Below are positions 17,342-26,616 of a stretch of 32,000 nt of DNA, in pieces. The translations under genes were made by a program, and so were the position numbers. Within the stretch, counting starts at the first letter, position 1; every line of letters starts with the position of its first letter. The stretch comes from Gallionellaceae bacterium. GTDB taxonomy: Bacteria > Pseudomonadota > Gammaproteobacteria > Burkholderiales > Gallionellaceae. The notes under the pieces are model-generated. The model searched no databases and was not told the origin of the DNA. It saw only the letters and a program-made list of their open reading frames with translations. Where the stretch lies: NCBI GenBank assembly GCA_009773615.1, contig WSYA01000013.1, positions 1 through 32,000 of the forward strand, read 5' to 3'.

Positions 17342-18438
17342 CGCGCGGCCTTTTCGTGCGAGATGCGGTAGTTGCGCACGGCTTCAAGGCTGCCGCTGAT
17401 GTCGGGAAGCTCGATGTTGATGTTGGATGCGGCGAGTTTCTGCAATGTCGCCTGCGCCTGCGCGCCTTCTTTGGCGCGCGTGTCGAAATAGATTCCTGTC
17501 CACTCTTGCGCGGTTTTCAGGTCGCGTTTGTAGCTCACTTCGTCGTGCGACAACAGGGCCAGTCTGGCGGAGAGCAGGCGTATCTTCAGGTTCTCTCTGA
17601 GGAAGAAAGTCTGCGTCGGCGACAGCAAAGGTAACTCGCGTTTTTGCGTGTTTTCGATGCGCACCAACTGTTTCACCTCAAACCATAATTCGCGCCAGAA
17701 CTTGTTCCATGCGTTTTCCGCGATGACGGGTGTGGGCAGCGGCTTAACCTCTTGTGTCCGTATGTCTTGCGATAGAGGTAGGGTATCGACGGCTGCGACC
17801 AGACTGTCGATACGCATATTGATGCCTGCCGCGTCGATATTGGGCAGCGCGCGCAATTTGTCGATGTCCTGATTGATAGATTTGCGTAGGCCACCCAATG
17901 TCGGGCGATCCAGACGCTGCAAACGGCTGTCGGCGTGCTGCATGGCAATCAGTGCGGCTTTTACGTTGGCGGAGAGTTGCAACTGCTGTCCTGCAATCAT
18001 CAGCATTTGTTCGACTTCGGCGAGCGCGGTCTGGTCGCGGCTGCTCGACATTTCCTGATACAGCGTATCCAGCGCGGCGCGCTGATTTTGCGCCTCGGCA
18101 TATTTGCTTTCCAGCAGACTGAGCTTGCCGCCGAGTTCGCGCACCACTTCCTGATTTTGGGTGACCAAGGTTTGATTGGCTTTGTTTGTGCCATCCATTT
18201 CCGTCAGCCGTTTGGCCAGTTCCTGCTGCACTTGATTGATCTGGTAATGCGCATCGAACCACTGCCACACAAAGATCACCACCAATACGGCGAGCGTCAT
18301 CTGCGTGAGGTTCAGATGCGAGATCAGATTCACCAAAGGGTTGTGGCCGGGAGTGCGCAGCATGGCGCGAAACGTGCCCGAATTCGTTCCGGTTTTGTTC
18401 CCGGCGGGTTGCTGATGAGACTGTGGTTGCTCGCTCAT
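17338..18438 (-). CDS. hemX: HemX-like membrane protein (annotated in databases as putative uroporphyrinogen-III C-methyltransferase)
   Basis: An N-terminal transmembrane helix 'MTLAVLVVIFVWQWF' is followed by a long Q/L-rich coiled coil. It sits between hemD and hemY. I prefer ATG 18438 (MSEQPQ...), which gives an ATGA overlap with the hemD stop. Confidence 0.78.
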   Translation of the reverse strand: MSEQPQSHQQPAGNKTGTNSGTFRAMLRTPGHNPLVNLISHLNLTQMTLAVLVVIFVWQWFDAHYQINQVQQELAKRLTEMDGTNKANQTLVTQNQEVVRELGGKLSLLESKYAEAQNQRAALDTLYQEMSSSRDQTALAEVEQMLMIAGQQLQLSANVKAALIAMQHADSRLQRLDRPTLGGLRKSINQDIDKLRALPNIDAAGINMRIDSLVAAVDTLPLSQDIRTQEVKPLPTPVIAENAWNKFWRELWFEVKQLVRIENTQKRELPLLSPTQTFFLRENLKIRLLSARLALLSHDEVSYKRDLKTAQEWTGIYFDTRAKEGAQAQATLQKLAASNINIELPDISGSLEAVRNYRISHEKAAR

Positions 18439-19217
18439 AAATGTTTTCCGATACAAGATTTAGCTTTTGACCATGCTACCAAACCGGACACGACTCCGTC
18501 ATCCCCGCTCGTCGTCTGTACAACTTTTCGCCAGCCTTGTTGTTCGGCTGCCGCCGCGATGCGGGCGTGCGGCACAAATAGTGTTACGTCCGCTATCTGC
18601 TTTTTCCCGGCCTCGTCGAACATCTCCCACAGATGAGCCAGCGCTTCGCTGCTGCTCAATGTGATGGCGTCTGCGCGGCTATTCAACAGCACGCCGATGT
18701 TCTGCGGTGTTCTGCTGCGCTGATAACAGGCGACATATTCCACGTTAGCGCCGCGCGCTTTGAGCGTGTCGCCCAATAGCTCGCGCCCCCCGTCGCCGCG
18801 AAAAATTGCGACTTTCCATCCGCGCACGTTTTGCAATTGCGGCAACACCAGCAAGGCTTCGCTGTCTGAGCGGCCTTGCGGTGCAATGACATCTTGTATG
18901 CCCGCATCGCGCAATGCTTTGGCGCTGCCTTGTCCCACGGTGGCGATGCGCAGCCCAGAGGGGACGCCGCCTGCCGCTGCAATTTCAGCCATGCCGTAAC
19001 GCACCGCATTGGGGCTGATGAAAATGGCGAGGTCGAATCCGGGCAGGCGGGCGATCAGGTTGCGCAAAGCGTGTGTGTCGGCCGGCGGACTGATATCGAG
19101 CAGCGGAAACAATACCGCGTTGCCGCCCAGCTGTTCTATGAGCTGCTGTAACTGGCCCGCCTGCTCGCGCGGGCGGGTGACCACGATGCTGAGTCCGGCA
19201 AGCGGCAACGATTCCAT
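18435..19217 (-). CDS. hemD: Uroporphyrinogen-III synthase
   Basis: 260 aa. The HemD-like pattern 'GLSIVVTRP..Q...L' appears with its repeat in the second half. It sits between hemC and hemX. Confidence 0.82.
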   Translation of the reverse strand: MESLPLAGLSIVVTRPREQAGQLQQLIEQLGGNAVLFPLLDISPPADTHALRNLIARLPGFDLAIFISPNAVRYGMAEIAAAGGVPSGLRIATVGQGSAKALRDAGIQDVIAPQGRSDSEALLVLPQLQNVRGWKVAIFRGDGGRELLGDTLKARGANVEYVACYQRSRTPQNIGVLLNSRADAITLSSSEALAHLWEMFDEAGKKQIADVTLFVPHARIAAAAEQQGWRKVVQTTSGDDGVVSGLVAWSKAKSCIGKHL

Positions 19218-19231
19218 TCAAGGCAAAACCT

Positions 19232-19307
19232 ACCACAGAGACACAGAGACACAGAGGAAAAACAAAACCTCAAAAGGTTTTCTCTGTGTCTCTGTGTCTC
19301 TGTGGTG
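19232..19307. repeat. 76-nt palindromic element: the same CACAGAGA-octamer inverted repeats as the trp cassette, but with only a 24-nt spacer
   Basis: The left arm 19232..19256 matches 25 of the 27 nt of the trp left arm. The right arm 19281..19307 is identical to 11188..11214. The spacer contains its own small hairpin (aaaacc/ggtttt). It lies in the hemC-hemD intercistronic gap. Confidence 0.95.
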
Positions 19308-19324
19308 AAAGATTTTTACTAAAA

Positions 19325-20275
19325 TCATAAAGACAGTGCGGCAAGGATATCGGCTGCGCCTTGCTTGAGCAAAGCCTCGGCCACGGCGTCGCCGAGCGCT
19401 TCCGGCGCGGCGATACTGCCGACCTGCTCGGCGCGCAGCATTTTGCTGCCATCGGGGCTGGCGACAAAACCGCGCATGCGCAGTTTGTCGCCCTGTACTT
19501 CCGCGAAGCCGCCCAGCGGTACCTGGCAGCTGCCCGCCAATGCGCGGCTCATGGCGCGTTCGGCGAACACGCAGGCGGCGGTTTCCGCATCGTGCAGCGG
19601 GCGCAGCAAAATTTCCAGATCGGGCCGGTCAGCGCGTGTTTCGATGCCCAGAGCGCCTTGTCCCACGGCGGGCAGGCTGTCTTCGCTGGAGATGAACGCG
19701 CGGATGCGCTCGCCCAGGCCGAGGCGCTTCAAGCCTGCGGCGGCCAGAATGATCGCGGCATATTGGCCTTCATCCAGCTTGCGCAAGCGCGTTTGCACGT
19801 TGCCGCGCAACGGCTCGATTTTCAAATGCGGGAAGCGCGCGCGCAACTGGCTTTCGCGGCGCAGGCTGGAAGTGCCGACCACGCTGCCCGCAGGCAAGGC
19901 TTCCAGATGGGCATGATGGTTGGAAACGAAGGCGTCGCGCGGATCTTCGCGTTTGCCGATGCAGGCCAGCACAAAGCCTTCGGGCAAATGCATCGGCACG
20001 TCTTTCAGGGAATGCACGGCGATATCGGCGCTGCCGTTCTCCAGTGCGGTTTCTAACTCCTTGACGAACAAACCTTTGCCGCCGATCTTGGAAAGCGTCA
20101 CGTCGAGTATTTGGTCGCCCTGTGTCGTCATGCCCAATATACTCACCTCGGTTTGTGGATATAATGCGCGCAGTCGATCCCTGATGTGTTCAGCCTGCCA
20201 CATTGCCAATGCGCTTTCGCGCGATGCGATGACCAGTTTTTTGGGTGCGGGTGTCGTCTGGGATGCCTGATTCAT
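19325..20275 (-). CDS. hemC: Hydroxymethylbilane synthase (porphobilinogen deaminase)
   Basis: 316 aa. '[15 protein letters not shown]', 'TTQGDQILD', '[11 protein letters not shown]' and the cofactor Cys in '[11 protein letters not shown]' are present. Confidence 0.94.
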   Translation of the reverse strand: MNQASQTTPAPKKLVIASRESALAMWQAEHIRDRLRALYPQTEVSILGMTTQGDQILDVTLSKIGGKGLFVKELETALENGSADIAVHSLKDVPMHLPEGFVLACIGKREDPRDAFVSNHHAHLEALPAGSVVGTSSLRRESQLRARFPHLKIEPLRGNVQTRLRKLDEGQYAAIILAAAGLKRLGLGERIRAFISSEDSLPAVGQGALGIETRADRPDLEILLRPLHDAETAACVFAERAMSRALAGSCQVPLGGFAEVQGDKLRMRGFVASPDGSKMLRAEQVGSIAAPEALGDAVAEALLKQGAADILAALSL

Positions 20276-20309
20276 TAGCTTTTCCTGAGTGATTATTTGT
20301 TGATATTTT

Positions 20310-23138
20310 ATGGCTCATTCTAACATGAGCCTGAATGTGTGCGCTGACCCTATGCTGAAGAAGAACGTCATGAACCTGCTTGCTGCTCCTGCCGACATAT
20401 CCAGTAAAGATGTGCCGTTACGCGATGACATCCGTTTGCTAGGCCGTATTCTCGGGGACACCCTGCGCGAACAAGAAGGCGAAGAGACTTTTGCGCTGAT
20501 CGAAAATGTGCGCCGCACTGCGGTGCGCTTTCGCAAAACGCAGGATGACCGCGATCGAGACCAGCTTGAAGGCGTATTGGATGCGCTTTCCCCCGACGAG
20601 ACATTGGCGGTAGTGCGCGCATTCAGTTATTTCTCGCAGCTTTCCAATATCGCCGAGGATCTGCACCACAATCGCCGCCGCCGCGCCCATTTGAAAGCGG
20701 GTTCCCCGCCGCAAGAAGGCAGCATGCAATTGGCGCTGGATCGGGCTAAAGAAAAAAATGTCGATGCCGCAGGATTGCAAGAATTCTTCAACAAGGCGTT
20801 GATATCGCCGGTGCTTACCGCGCATCCGACGGAGGTGCAACGCAAAAGCATTTTAAATTGTCAGCTGGTCATCTCCAGTTTGCTGGCGGATAGAGACCGT
20901 CTCGATATGACGCCGGAAGAATTGGCCGACAACGAAGACGCGCTACACCGTTTCGTGCTGATTTTGTGGCATACGCGCATGTTGCGGACTTCCAAATTGA
21001 CGGTGCAGGACGAAGTGAAGAACGGCTTGACGTTCTACGATTACACCTTCCTCAAAGAGATACCCAAGCTGTACGGCGGACTTGAAAAGCAGATCGAGGC
21101 CCGCTTCGGCCAGCGCCTGAACCTGCCGCCTTTTCTGCGCGTGGGGAGCTGGATAGGCGGCGACCGCGACGGCAACCCGTTTGTCACGCATAAAGTGATG
21201 CTGGATGCGGCAGAGCGCCATTCCGCGACCGCACTGGAATATTATTTGGCCGAGACCGAGTTGTTGAGTTCGCGTTTGAGCCTGTCCGTCCGGCTGGTGG
21301 AGGTGAGCGCCGAGCTGGAAGCGTTCGCCGCCAATTCGCCCGACAAAGCGGTGAGCCGCGAAGACGAGCCTTATCGCCGCGCGTTGATCGCGATTTATGC
21401 GCGTTTGGTGGCCACTACCGAAAAACTCGGCCACCGCGTCAGCCATTTGCATCCGGTAACGAAGGCCGTGCAGCCGTATGCGGTGGTCGATGAATTTATC
21501 GCCGACCTCGATATCGTTATAAATTCGCTGGAACACCACCACGCGACCTATCTGGCGCGCGGACGCATTGCCGATCTGCGCCGCGCCGCGCAAGTGTTCG
21601 GCTTTCATCTGGCACCGATCGACATGCGCCAGCACAGCGCTATTCACGAGCAGGTGGTGAGCGAGATGCTCGCTGCGCAGGGTGTCGCTTACGCCACGCT
21701 GGATGAGACTGCACGCCGCAAAACATTGCTGGCAGCGCTGCAAGCCAGCAAGCCGCTCGCAACCGAGGTGGATGCATTCACCGAGACCGTGCGAGGCGAG
21801 TTGCATTTGATGCAGGCGGCCGCCGAGATACATCAGCGTTTCGGCCGCGCGGCGCTGCCCAACTACATCATCTCCAAGGCCGATGCCGTCAGCGATCTGT
21901 TGGAGGTGGCGCTGATCGTGCAACAGACCGGCCTGCTGGAAGTTGGCAAAACACCGGTACTGCACCTCAATATCATCCCGCTGTTCGAGACCATCGCCGA
22001 CTTGCAGGGGTGCGGCACTATCATGGACGAATTGTTCGCCATCCCGTTCTACCGCGAACTGCTGCAAAGCCGGGGCAACACGCAAGAAGTGATGCTGGGT
22101 TATTCCGACAGCAACAAGGACGGCGGCTACCTCACCGCCAACTGGGAGCTGTACAAGGCCGAAGTCGAGCTGGTGAAAGTGTTTGAAAAGCACGGCATCG
22201 AACTGCGTCTGTTTCACGGTCGCGGCGGCACCGTCGGTCGCGGCGGCGGCCCCAGCTATCAGGCGATCTTGGCGCAACCGCCGGGCAGTGTGAACGCGCA
22301 GATACGCATCACCGAACAGGGCGAAGTCATCTCCAGCAAATATTCCGACCCTGAGATCGGGCGGCGCAATCTGGAAATTCTTATCGCGGCGACGTTGGAA
22401 GCCACATTGGTGCACCATCACGGCGACGATTCCACCATGCCGGAATTCCACCGCATCATGGAAGACCTCAGCGGCAATGCGTTTTCCGCATATCGCAAAC
22501 TGGTATACGAAACACCGGGATTCACCGAGTATTTCTTTGCCGCCACGCCGATCCGCGAGATCGCCGAACTCAACATCGGCAGCCGCCCTTCATCGCGCAA
22601 GGCAACGGACAACATCGAAGATTTGCGCGCGATCCCCTGGGTGTTCAGCTGGAGCCTGAATCGCGCCATCTTGCCGGGCTGGTATGGTTTCGGCAGCGCG
22701 GCGCAACAGTTTATCGAGCGCGAAGGCGAAGCCGGACTCAAGCAACTGCAAGCGATGAACCAGAACTGGGCGTTCTTCAGAGGCCTGCTCTCCAATATGG
22801 ACATGGTGCTGTCCAAGACCGACATGGGTATCGCGTCGCGTTACGCCGAGTTGGTGCAGGACGAAACTTTGCGCGCCAAGATATTCGGCGAGATCGAAGC
22901 GGAATGGCAGCGCACCGTCGATATGCTATTCGCCATCACTGGCGCCTCGACGCTGCTGGAAGACAACCCGACGCTCGCGCGCAGCCTGACTACGCGCACG
23001 CCTTACATCGATCCGCTCAACCACTTGCAAGTGGCGCTGCTGCACCGCCACCGCGCCGGGGATGACAACGAAAAAGTGAAGCGCGCGATCCATCTGACCA
23101 TCAACGGCATTGCGGCGGGGTTGAGGAATAGCGGCTGA
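20310..23138 (+). CDS. ppc: Phosphoenolpyruvate carboxylase
   Basis: Motifs '[12 protein letters not shown]', '[12 protein letters not shown]', '[14 protein letters not shown]' and the C-terminus '[10 protein letters not shown]' are present. The true start is uncertain: in-frame ATGs occur at 20310, 20325, 20352 and 20370, and none has a strong SD. Confidence 0.93.
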   Translation: MAHSNMSLNVCADPMLKKNVMNLLAAPADISSKDVPLRDDIRLLGRILGDTLREQEGEETFALIENVRRTAVRFRKTQDDRDRDQLEGVLDALSPDETLAVVRAFSYFSQLSNIAEDLHHNRRRRAHLKAGSPPQEGSMQLALDRAKEKNVDAAGLQEFFNKALISPVLTAHPTEVQRKSILNCQLVISSLLADRDRLDMTPEELADNEDALHRFVLILWHTRMLRTSKLTVQDEVKNGLTFYDYTFLKEIPKLYGGLEKQIEARFGQRLNLPPFLRVGSWIGGDRDGNPFVTHKVMLDAAERHSATALEYYLAETELLSSRLSLSVRLVEVSAELEAFAANSPDKAVSREDEPYRRALIAIYARLVATTEKLGHRVSHLHPVTKAVQPYAVVDEFIADLDIVINSLEHHHATYLARGRIADLRRAAQVFGFHLAPIDMRQHSAIHEQVVSEMLAAQGVAYATLDETARRKTLLAALQASKPLATEVDAFTETVRGELHLMQAAAEIHQRFGRAALPNYIISKADAVSDLLEVALIVQQTGLLEVGKTPVLHLNIIPLFETIADLQGCGTIMDELFAIPFYRELLQSRGNTQEVMLGYSDSNKDGGYLTANWELYKAEVELVKVFEKHGIELRLFHGRGGTVGRGGGPSYQAILAQPPGSVNAQIRITEQGEVISSKYSDPEIGRRNLEILIAATLEATLVHHHGDDSTMPEFHRIMEDLSGNAFSAYRKLVYETPGFTEYFFAATPIREIAELNIGSRPSSRKATDNIEDLRAIPWVFSWSLNRAILPGWYGFGSAAQQFIEREGEAGLKQLQAMNQNWAFFRGLLSNMDMVLSKTDMGIASRYAELVQDETLRAKIFGEIEAEWQRTVDMLFAITGASTLLEDNPTLARSLTTRTPYIDPLNHLQVALLHRHRAGDDNEKVKRAIHLTINGIAAGLRNSG

Positions 23139-23222
23139 GAAACGCAAGCTCGCGTGCAATCTGGTTGTGAGTTACAGCTTGAATCGTCCTGTAGTGCCTT
23201 CAATCTCAAGCAAACAGCATTG

Positions 23223-23260
23223 CCATTCGTCCGCCTGAAATCATAGCGCCACCGCTTGTC
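23223..23260 (+). promoter_or_regulatory. Two AlgR-box-like 9-mers upstream of the minor pilin operon
   Basis: CCATTCGTC (23223..23231) and CCGCTTGTC (23252..23260) each match 8 of 9 positions of the P. aeruginosa AlgR core sites CCGTTCGTC / CCGTTTGTC, as I recall them. They lie 85-122 nt upstream of the pilE ATG. Confidence 0.3.
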
Positions 23261-23344
23261 TTGTTTCGTAAGCCACCTGTCAGATGGCTGTGGCAATGTA
23301 GAATTCAAAAATCTAGTATCCGCACACCCAAAAGGAGTATTACG

Positions 23345-23770
23345 ATGAAGCGCAATAAAGGATTTACCCTGATTGAGTTGATGATCGTTGTGGCCATCAT
23401 AGGCATATTGGCTGCGATTGCAGTGCCTGCTTATCAGCAACATGTGATCAAGTCTAACCGCGCGGCAGCAGAGAGCTTCATGCTGCAAGCGGCCAACAGG
23501 GAAGAGCAGATCATGCTGGACATGCGCAGTTATGTCGCCGTGACAGCCAAGGCTAACTTCCCGAATGCGCCTAACGCGGCATCTCCCGGGCTTAACATGA
23601 CGGTGCCCGACAACGTTTCCAAGTTTTATAACCTCGCCATCACTTCATCCGCTACAGGTTATGTGATTACTGCCACGCCCATCAACTCCCAGTTGACTGG
23701 CGATACCCAGTGCGCGAGCCTGACGCTGGATCAGACCGGCGCCAAGACACCGGCAACAGGTTGCTGGTAA
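23345..23770 (+). CDS. pilE: Type IV pilin-like protein, PilE-type minor pilin
   Basis: The prepilin N-terminus is 'MKRNKG|[36 protein letters not shown]', and two C-terminal Cys are present. The start ATG 23345 is preceded by AAAGGAG. The track start at 23261 is rejected. Confidence 0.82.
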   Translation: MKRNKGFTLIELMIVVAIIGILAAIAVPAYQQHVIKSNRAAAESFMLQAANREEQIMLDMRSYVAVTAKANFPNAPNAASPGLNMTVPDNVSKFYNLAITSSATGYVITATPINSQLTGDTQCASLTLDQTGAKTPATGCW

Positions 23771-23788
23771 CGCTAGAAAGAGCCGATC

Positions 23789-24295
23789 ATGTCCAAATCG
23801 AATGCCGGATCGATGCAATATCTCAGGGGTAAGGGTTTTACCTTGGCCGAGCTATTGGTCGTTATCGCGATTGTCGGCATTCTCACCGCTGTTGCGCTCC
23901 CGTTTTTCGGTTCGTTCGTGGCGGGACAGCGCATCAAAAGTGCCTCGTTCGATATGATGGCCACATTAACGCTGGCGCGCAGCGAAGCGACCAAGCGCAA
24001 CACCAATATAACCATCACGCCAACGGGCGGCATCTGGCAAAACGGTTGGACAGTGGCTGCCAGCGCCACCACCTTGAGCGCGCAGAATGCGCTAAACGGA
24101 TTGACTATCGACTGCTGGTCAGGCACCGTTGCTACCGCTTGCCCGGCAAGCATTACTTATACGAACAACGGCAGGCTGTTGGCGGCATCGCCTTCTTTTA
24201 GAATTTTCAACGCCACTGCCACCACCACTGCCAGCACGCGCTGTATCAGCGTCGACCTGAGCGGGCGTCCCGGCAGCAAAAGGGGAGATTGCTGA
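23789..24295 (+). CDS. GspH/FimT/FimU family type IV minor pilin
   Basis: 'G|FTLAELLVVIAIVGILTAVALP' is followed by 'RIKSASFDMMATLTLARSEA', which resembles the GspH/FimT domain. The alternative start at ATG 23813 would give a shorter leader. Confidence 0.75.
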   Translation: MSKSNAGSMQYLRGKGFTLAELLVVIAIVGILTAVALPFFGSFVAGQRIKSASFDMMATLTLARSEATKRNTNITITPTGGIWQNGWTVAASATTLSAQNALNGLTIDCWSGTVATACPASITYTNNGRLLAASPSFRIFNATATTTASTRCISVDLSGRPGSKRGDC

Positions 24296-24984
24296 TGAAC
24301 GCCTCCCGGAATAGCTTGTTGCGCCAGTTTGGTTCCAGCATGGTCGAAGTGCTGGTGACGCTCATTATCCTGCTGGTGGGGCTGTTGGGTTTGGCCGGCG
24401 TGATGGTGCAAGGTCAGCGTTCGGAAGTGGAATCTTACCAGCGCGTACAGGCACTGATTCTGCTGCAAGACATAGCTGGGCGCATCAACGCCAACCGCCA
24501 AGCGGCCACCTGCTATGCATATACCACCAACACCGTGAACGGCACGCCCTATCTGGGTGCCAGCGGTGTAGGAGGCAAGGTGACGCCCGTGCCCGCGACA
24601 GCATGCACCGTTGCCATGATCCAAGCTATTTATCCTTCCATGCCTGCCGCCACCGCCACCCTGCAGGCCACCACCGCTGTGTCCGACATGAACGCTTGGC
24701 ACAATGCATTGTTGGGTGCTGCCGAAGTGTCCGGAGGCAATGTCGGCGCCATGGTGGGTGCACGCGGCTGCATCAGTTACGGCGGCGGAACCGAGCTGCT
24801 CAACCCAGCCAACGGCGCGCAGATTGTCGGCACGGGTGTATATACCCTCGCGGTCGCATGGCAGGGGTTGAGCCCCACGGCCATCGCCACGCCCAATTGC
24901 GGACAAGGGCTATATGGCGCGAACGATGCCCAGCGTCGCGTCGTCAGCTTGACCTTGAGAACCGCTTCGCTGACCACACAATGA
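24295..24984 (+). CDS. pilV: Type IV pilus modification protein PilV
   Basis: 'MVEVLVTLIILLVGLLGLAGVMVQGQR' is typical of PilV. ATG 24295 is preceded by AGGGGAG, and its first base is the last base of the fimT-like stop (TGA 24293..24295), a 1-nt overlap. Confidence 0.75.
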   Translation: MNASRNSLLRQFGSSMVEVLVTLIILLVGLLGLAGVMVQGQRSEVESYQRVQALILLQDIAGRINANRQAATCYAYTTNTVNGTPYLGASGVGGKVTPVPATACTVAMIQAIYPSMPAATATLQATTAVSDMNAWHNALLGAAEVSGGNVGAMVGARGCISYGGGTELLNPANGAQIVGTGVYTLAVAWQGLSPTAIATPNCGQGLYGANDAQRRVVSLTLRTASLTTQ

Positions 24985-26033
24985 ATACCATCGCCCCACA
25001 AAAACGCATAAATCTTTCAACTCGCCGCCAGGCCGGGCTGTCGCTGGTCGAGTTGATGATCTCGCTCACCATCAGCTTGGTTCTGCTGGCGGGGCTCACC
25101 ACGCTCATCGTGCAACAGAGCGGTAGCCGCGACGAACTGGAAAAGGCCAGCCGGGCGATCGAGAACGGTCGCTATGCCATGCAGTTGCTGCACGACGATA
25201 TTCAGATGGCAGGATTCTATGGCGGATATTCCCCCGCTTCCGGTGTTGCCCACACGGTGCCTGCCGACCCCTGCAATGTTGCTGCCGGCAGCGCTAACTC
25301 GGGCTGGGATGCCACGCCGAAGGTGGCGGTGCCTATTTTTGGCTATGCCGGTGCCCTCACCAATCCGACAACCGCGACGACCTGCGGCTTGGTCAACTAC
25401 CAACCCAACACGGCGATTCTGGTGATTCGGCGCACCGCCACCGACACGGTCGCCGCTGCCGTGGCGGGCACCACTTATCTTCAGGTCAACAGGTGCAGCA
25501 ATGTCACCACCCCTTTTGTGATGGGGACGGGCGGCTTCACGCTGCAACAGAAAGACTGTAGCACCGTAGCCCCGCTCAGCAAATATATCGTGCGCGTCTA
25601 CTACATCAGCTCTTGCAATGTTTGCGCACCGTCGGACGGCATTCCCACTCTGAAAATGGTGGATATTGAGGACGGCGCCCAAAACAATATTCCCTTGGTG
25701 GAGGGGATCGAAAACATGCAGTTCGATTACGGGATTGACAACTCGAGCGACGGCTCCCCCGATACCTACAGCACTGCTCCGGCAACGGCAGATTGGGCAA
25801 ACGTCATGGCGGTGCGTGTCAACCTGCTGGCGCGCAACATCGACACCACAAGCGGCTACAGTGACACTAAGACTTATTGTTTGAGCGGCTCCCCTCCGTT
25901 CAATGCCAACGGTACATCGACTTCCTGCAATACCGGCGGAGCCATGCTTTTTGGCCCCTTTAACAATGCCTACAAGCGTCACGCGTACACCGAGTTGGTG
26001 CGCGCCATCAACCCCAGCGGGCGGAGAGAATGA
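24981..26033 (+). CDS. pilW: Type IV pilus assembly protein PilW
   Basis: The start at ATG 24981 gives an ATGA overlap with pilV. 'QAG|LSLVELMISLTISLVLLAGL' and 'AIENGRYAMQLLHDDIQMAGF' are present. The 126-aa N-terminal extension in track ORF 24603 is out of frame with pilV and is rejected. Confidence 0.8.
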   Translation: MNTIAPQKRINLSTRRQAGLSLVELMISLTISLVLLAGLTTLIVQQSGSRDELEKASRAIENGRYAMQLLHDDIQMAGFYGGYSPASGVAHTVPADPCNVAAGSANSGWDATPKVAVPIFGYAGALTNPTTATTCGLVNYQPNTAILVIRRTATDTVAAAVAGTTYLQVNRCSNVTTPFVMGTGGFTLQQKDCSTVAPLSKYIVRVYYISSCNVCAPSDGIPTLKMVDIEDGAQNNIPLVEGIENMQFDYGIDNSSDGSPDTYSTAPATADWANVMAVRVNLLARNIDTTSGYSDTKTYCLSGSPPFNANGTSTSCNTGGAMLFGPFNNAYKRHAYTELVRAINPSGRRE

Positions 26034-26566
26034 CCATGATGAGCCTCCTAAAACACAAACAGCGCGGAGCCACCCTCATCGTCGCTCTGGTCATGCTGGT
26101 GGTGCTGACCCTGTTGGTCATTTCGGCCATCCGCTCCAGCAATACCAATCTGCGCATCGCCGGCAACATGCAGATGGAGGGGGAAGCCAGCTCTGCCGCT
26201 CAGCAGGCGATCGAACAGGTCATCAGCGGCAACTTCACGGTATCGCCAGCGGCTTCCGCCGTCTCGGTGAACATCGGGGGAGCCACGTACACCGCAAATG
26301 TAGCGGTACCAAGCTGCACGGGCTCGGTGGCGCTCGCTAACGCCAGTCTCAACATGAGCGATCCTAATGACATTCCCTGCTTCAGCAGCAGTACGGCCAG
26401 TAATCCCGGAATCATATTTGCCTCCGCCACGTCAGCGGCAACCAGCCAGTCGTGGTGTTTCCAGCAGCAATGGGATGTAGGGTCAACGGCGACCGGCTCC
26501 ACCGGGGTGAACGTGGAAACGCATCAGGGGGTATCCCTGCGCGTTCCGGCGGGAACGACTTGTTGA
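26030..26566 (+). CDS. pilX: Type IV pilus minor pilin PilX
   Basis: The PilX N-terminal domain pattern 'QRGATLIVALVMLVVLTLLVISAIRSS' is present. There is an ATGA overlap with pilW. Confidence 0.75.
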   Translation: MTMMSLLKHKQRGATLIVALVMLVVLTLLVISAIRSSNTNLRIAGNMQMEGEASSAAQQAIEQVISGNFTVSPAASAVSVNIGGATYTANVAVPSCTGSVALANASLNMSDPNDIPCFSSSTASNPGIIFASATSAATSQSWCFQQQWDVGSTATGSTGVNVETHQGVSLRVPAGTTC

Positions 26567-26616
26567 GTTGATTTGGATGTAACGGTTACAGGTAGCACTA
26601 TTCGGAGGACAGCACT

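Noticed and set aside
19009-19467. Track ORFs 19009..19308 (+) and 19270..19467 (-), which both end in or contain '[16 protein letters not shown]'.
   Set aside because: These are artefacts of reading through the palindromic element from the antisense of hemD or hemC. They have no independent coding support.
20943-22451. A 502-aa minus-strand ORF inside ppc. Similar long antisense ORFs occur at 565..1386, 4074..4724, 5805..6485, 7718..8374, 8374..9033, 11857..12837, 24157..24906, 25017..25982 and 27139..28113.
   Set aside because: Each lies entirely antisense to a gene with strong family motifs. Their translations are low-complexity and Arg/Ala/Gly/His-rich with no recognisable motifs, as expected from stop-codon depletion on the opposite strand of GC-rich genes. 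They are not called.
23285-23320. A sigma-54 promoter (TGGCA...) upstream of pilE at 'ctgtggcaatgtagaattc'.
   Set aside because: TGGCA is present, but no TTGC/GC element sits at the required spacing (-12). Known minor pilin operons are not RpoN-dependent. A weak sigma-70-like TGGCAA-17-TAGTAT is possible but too degenerate to call.
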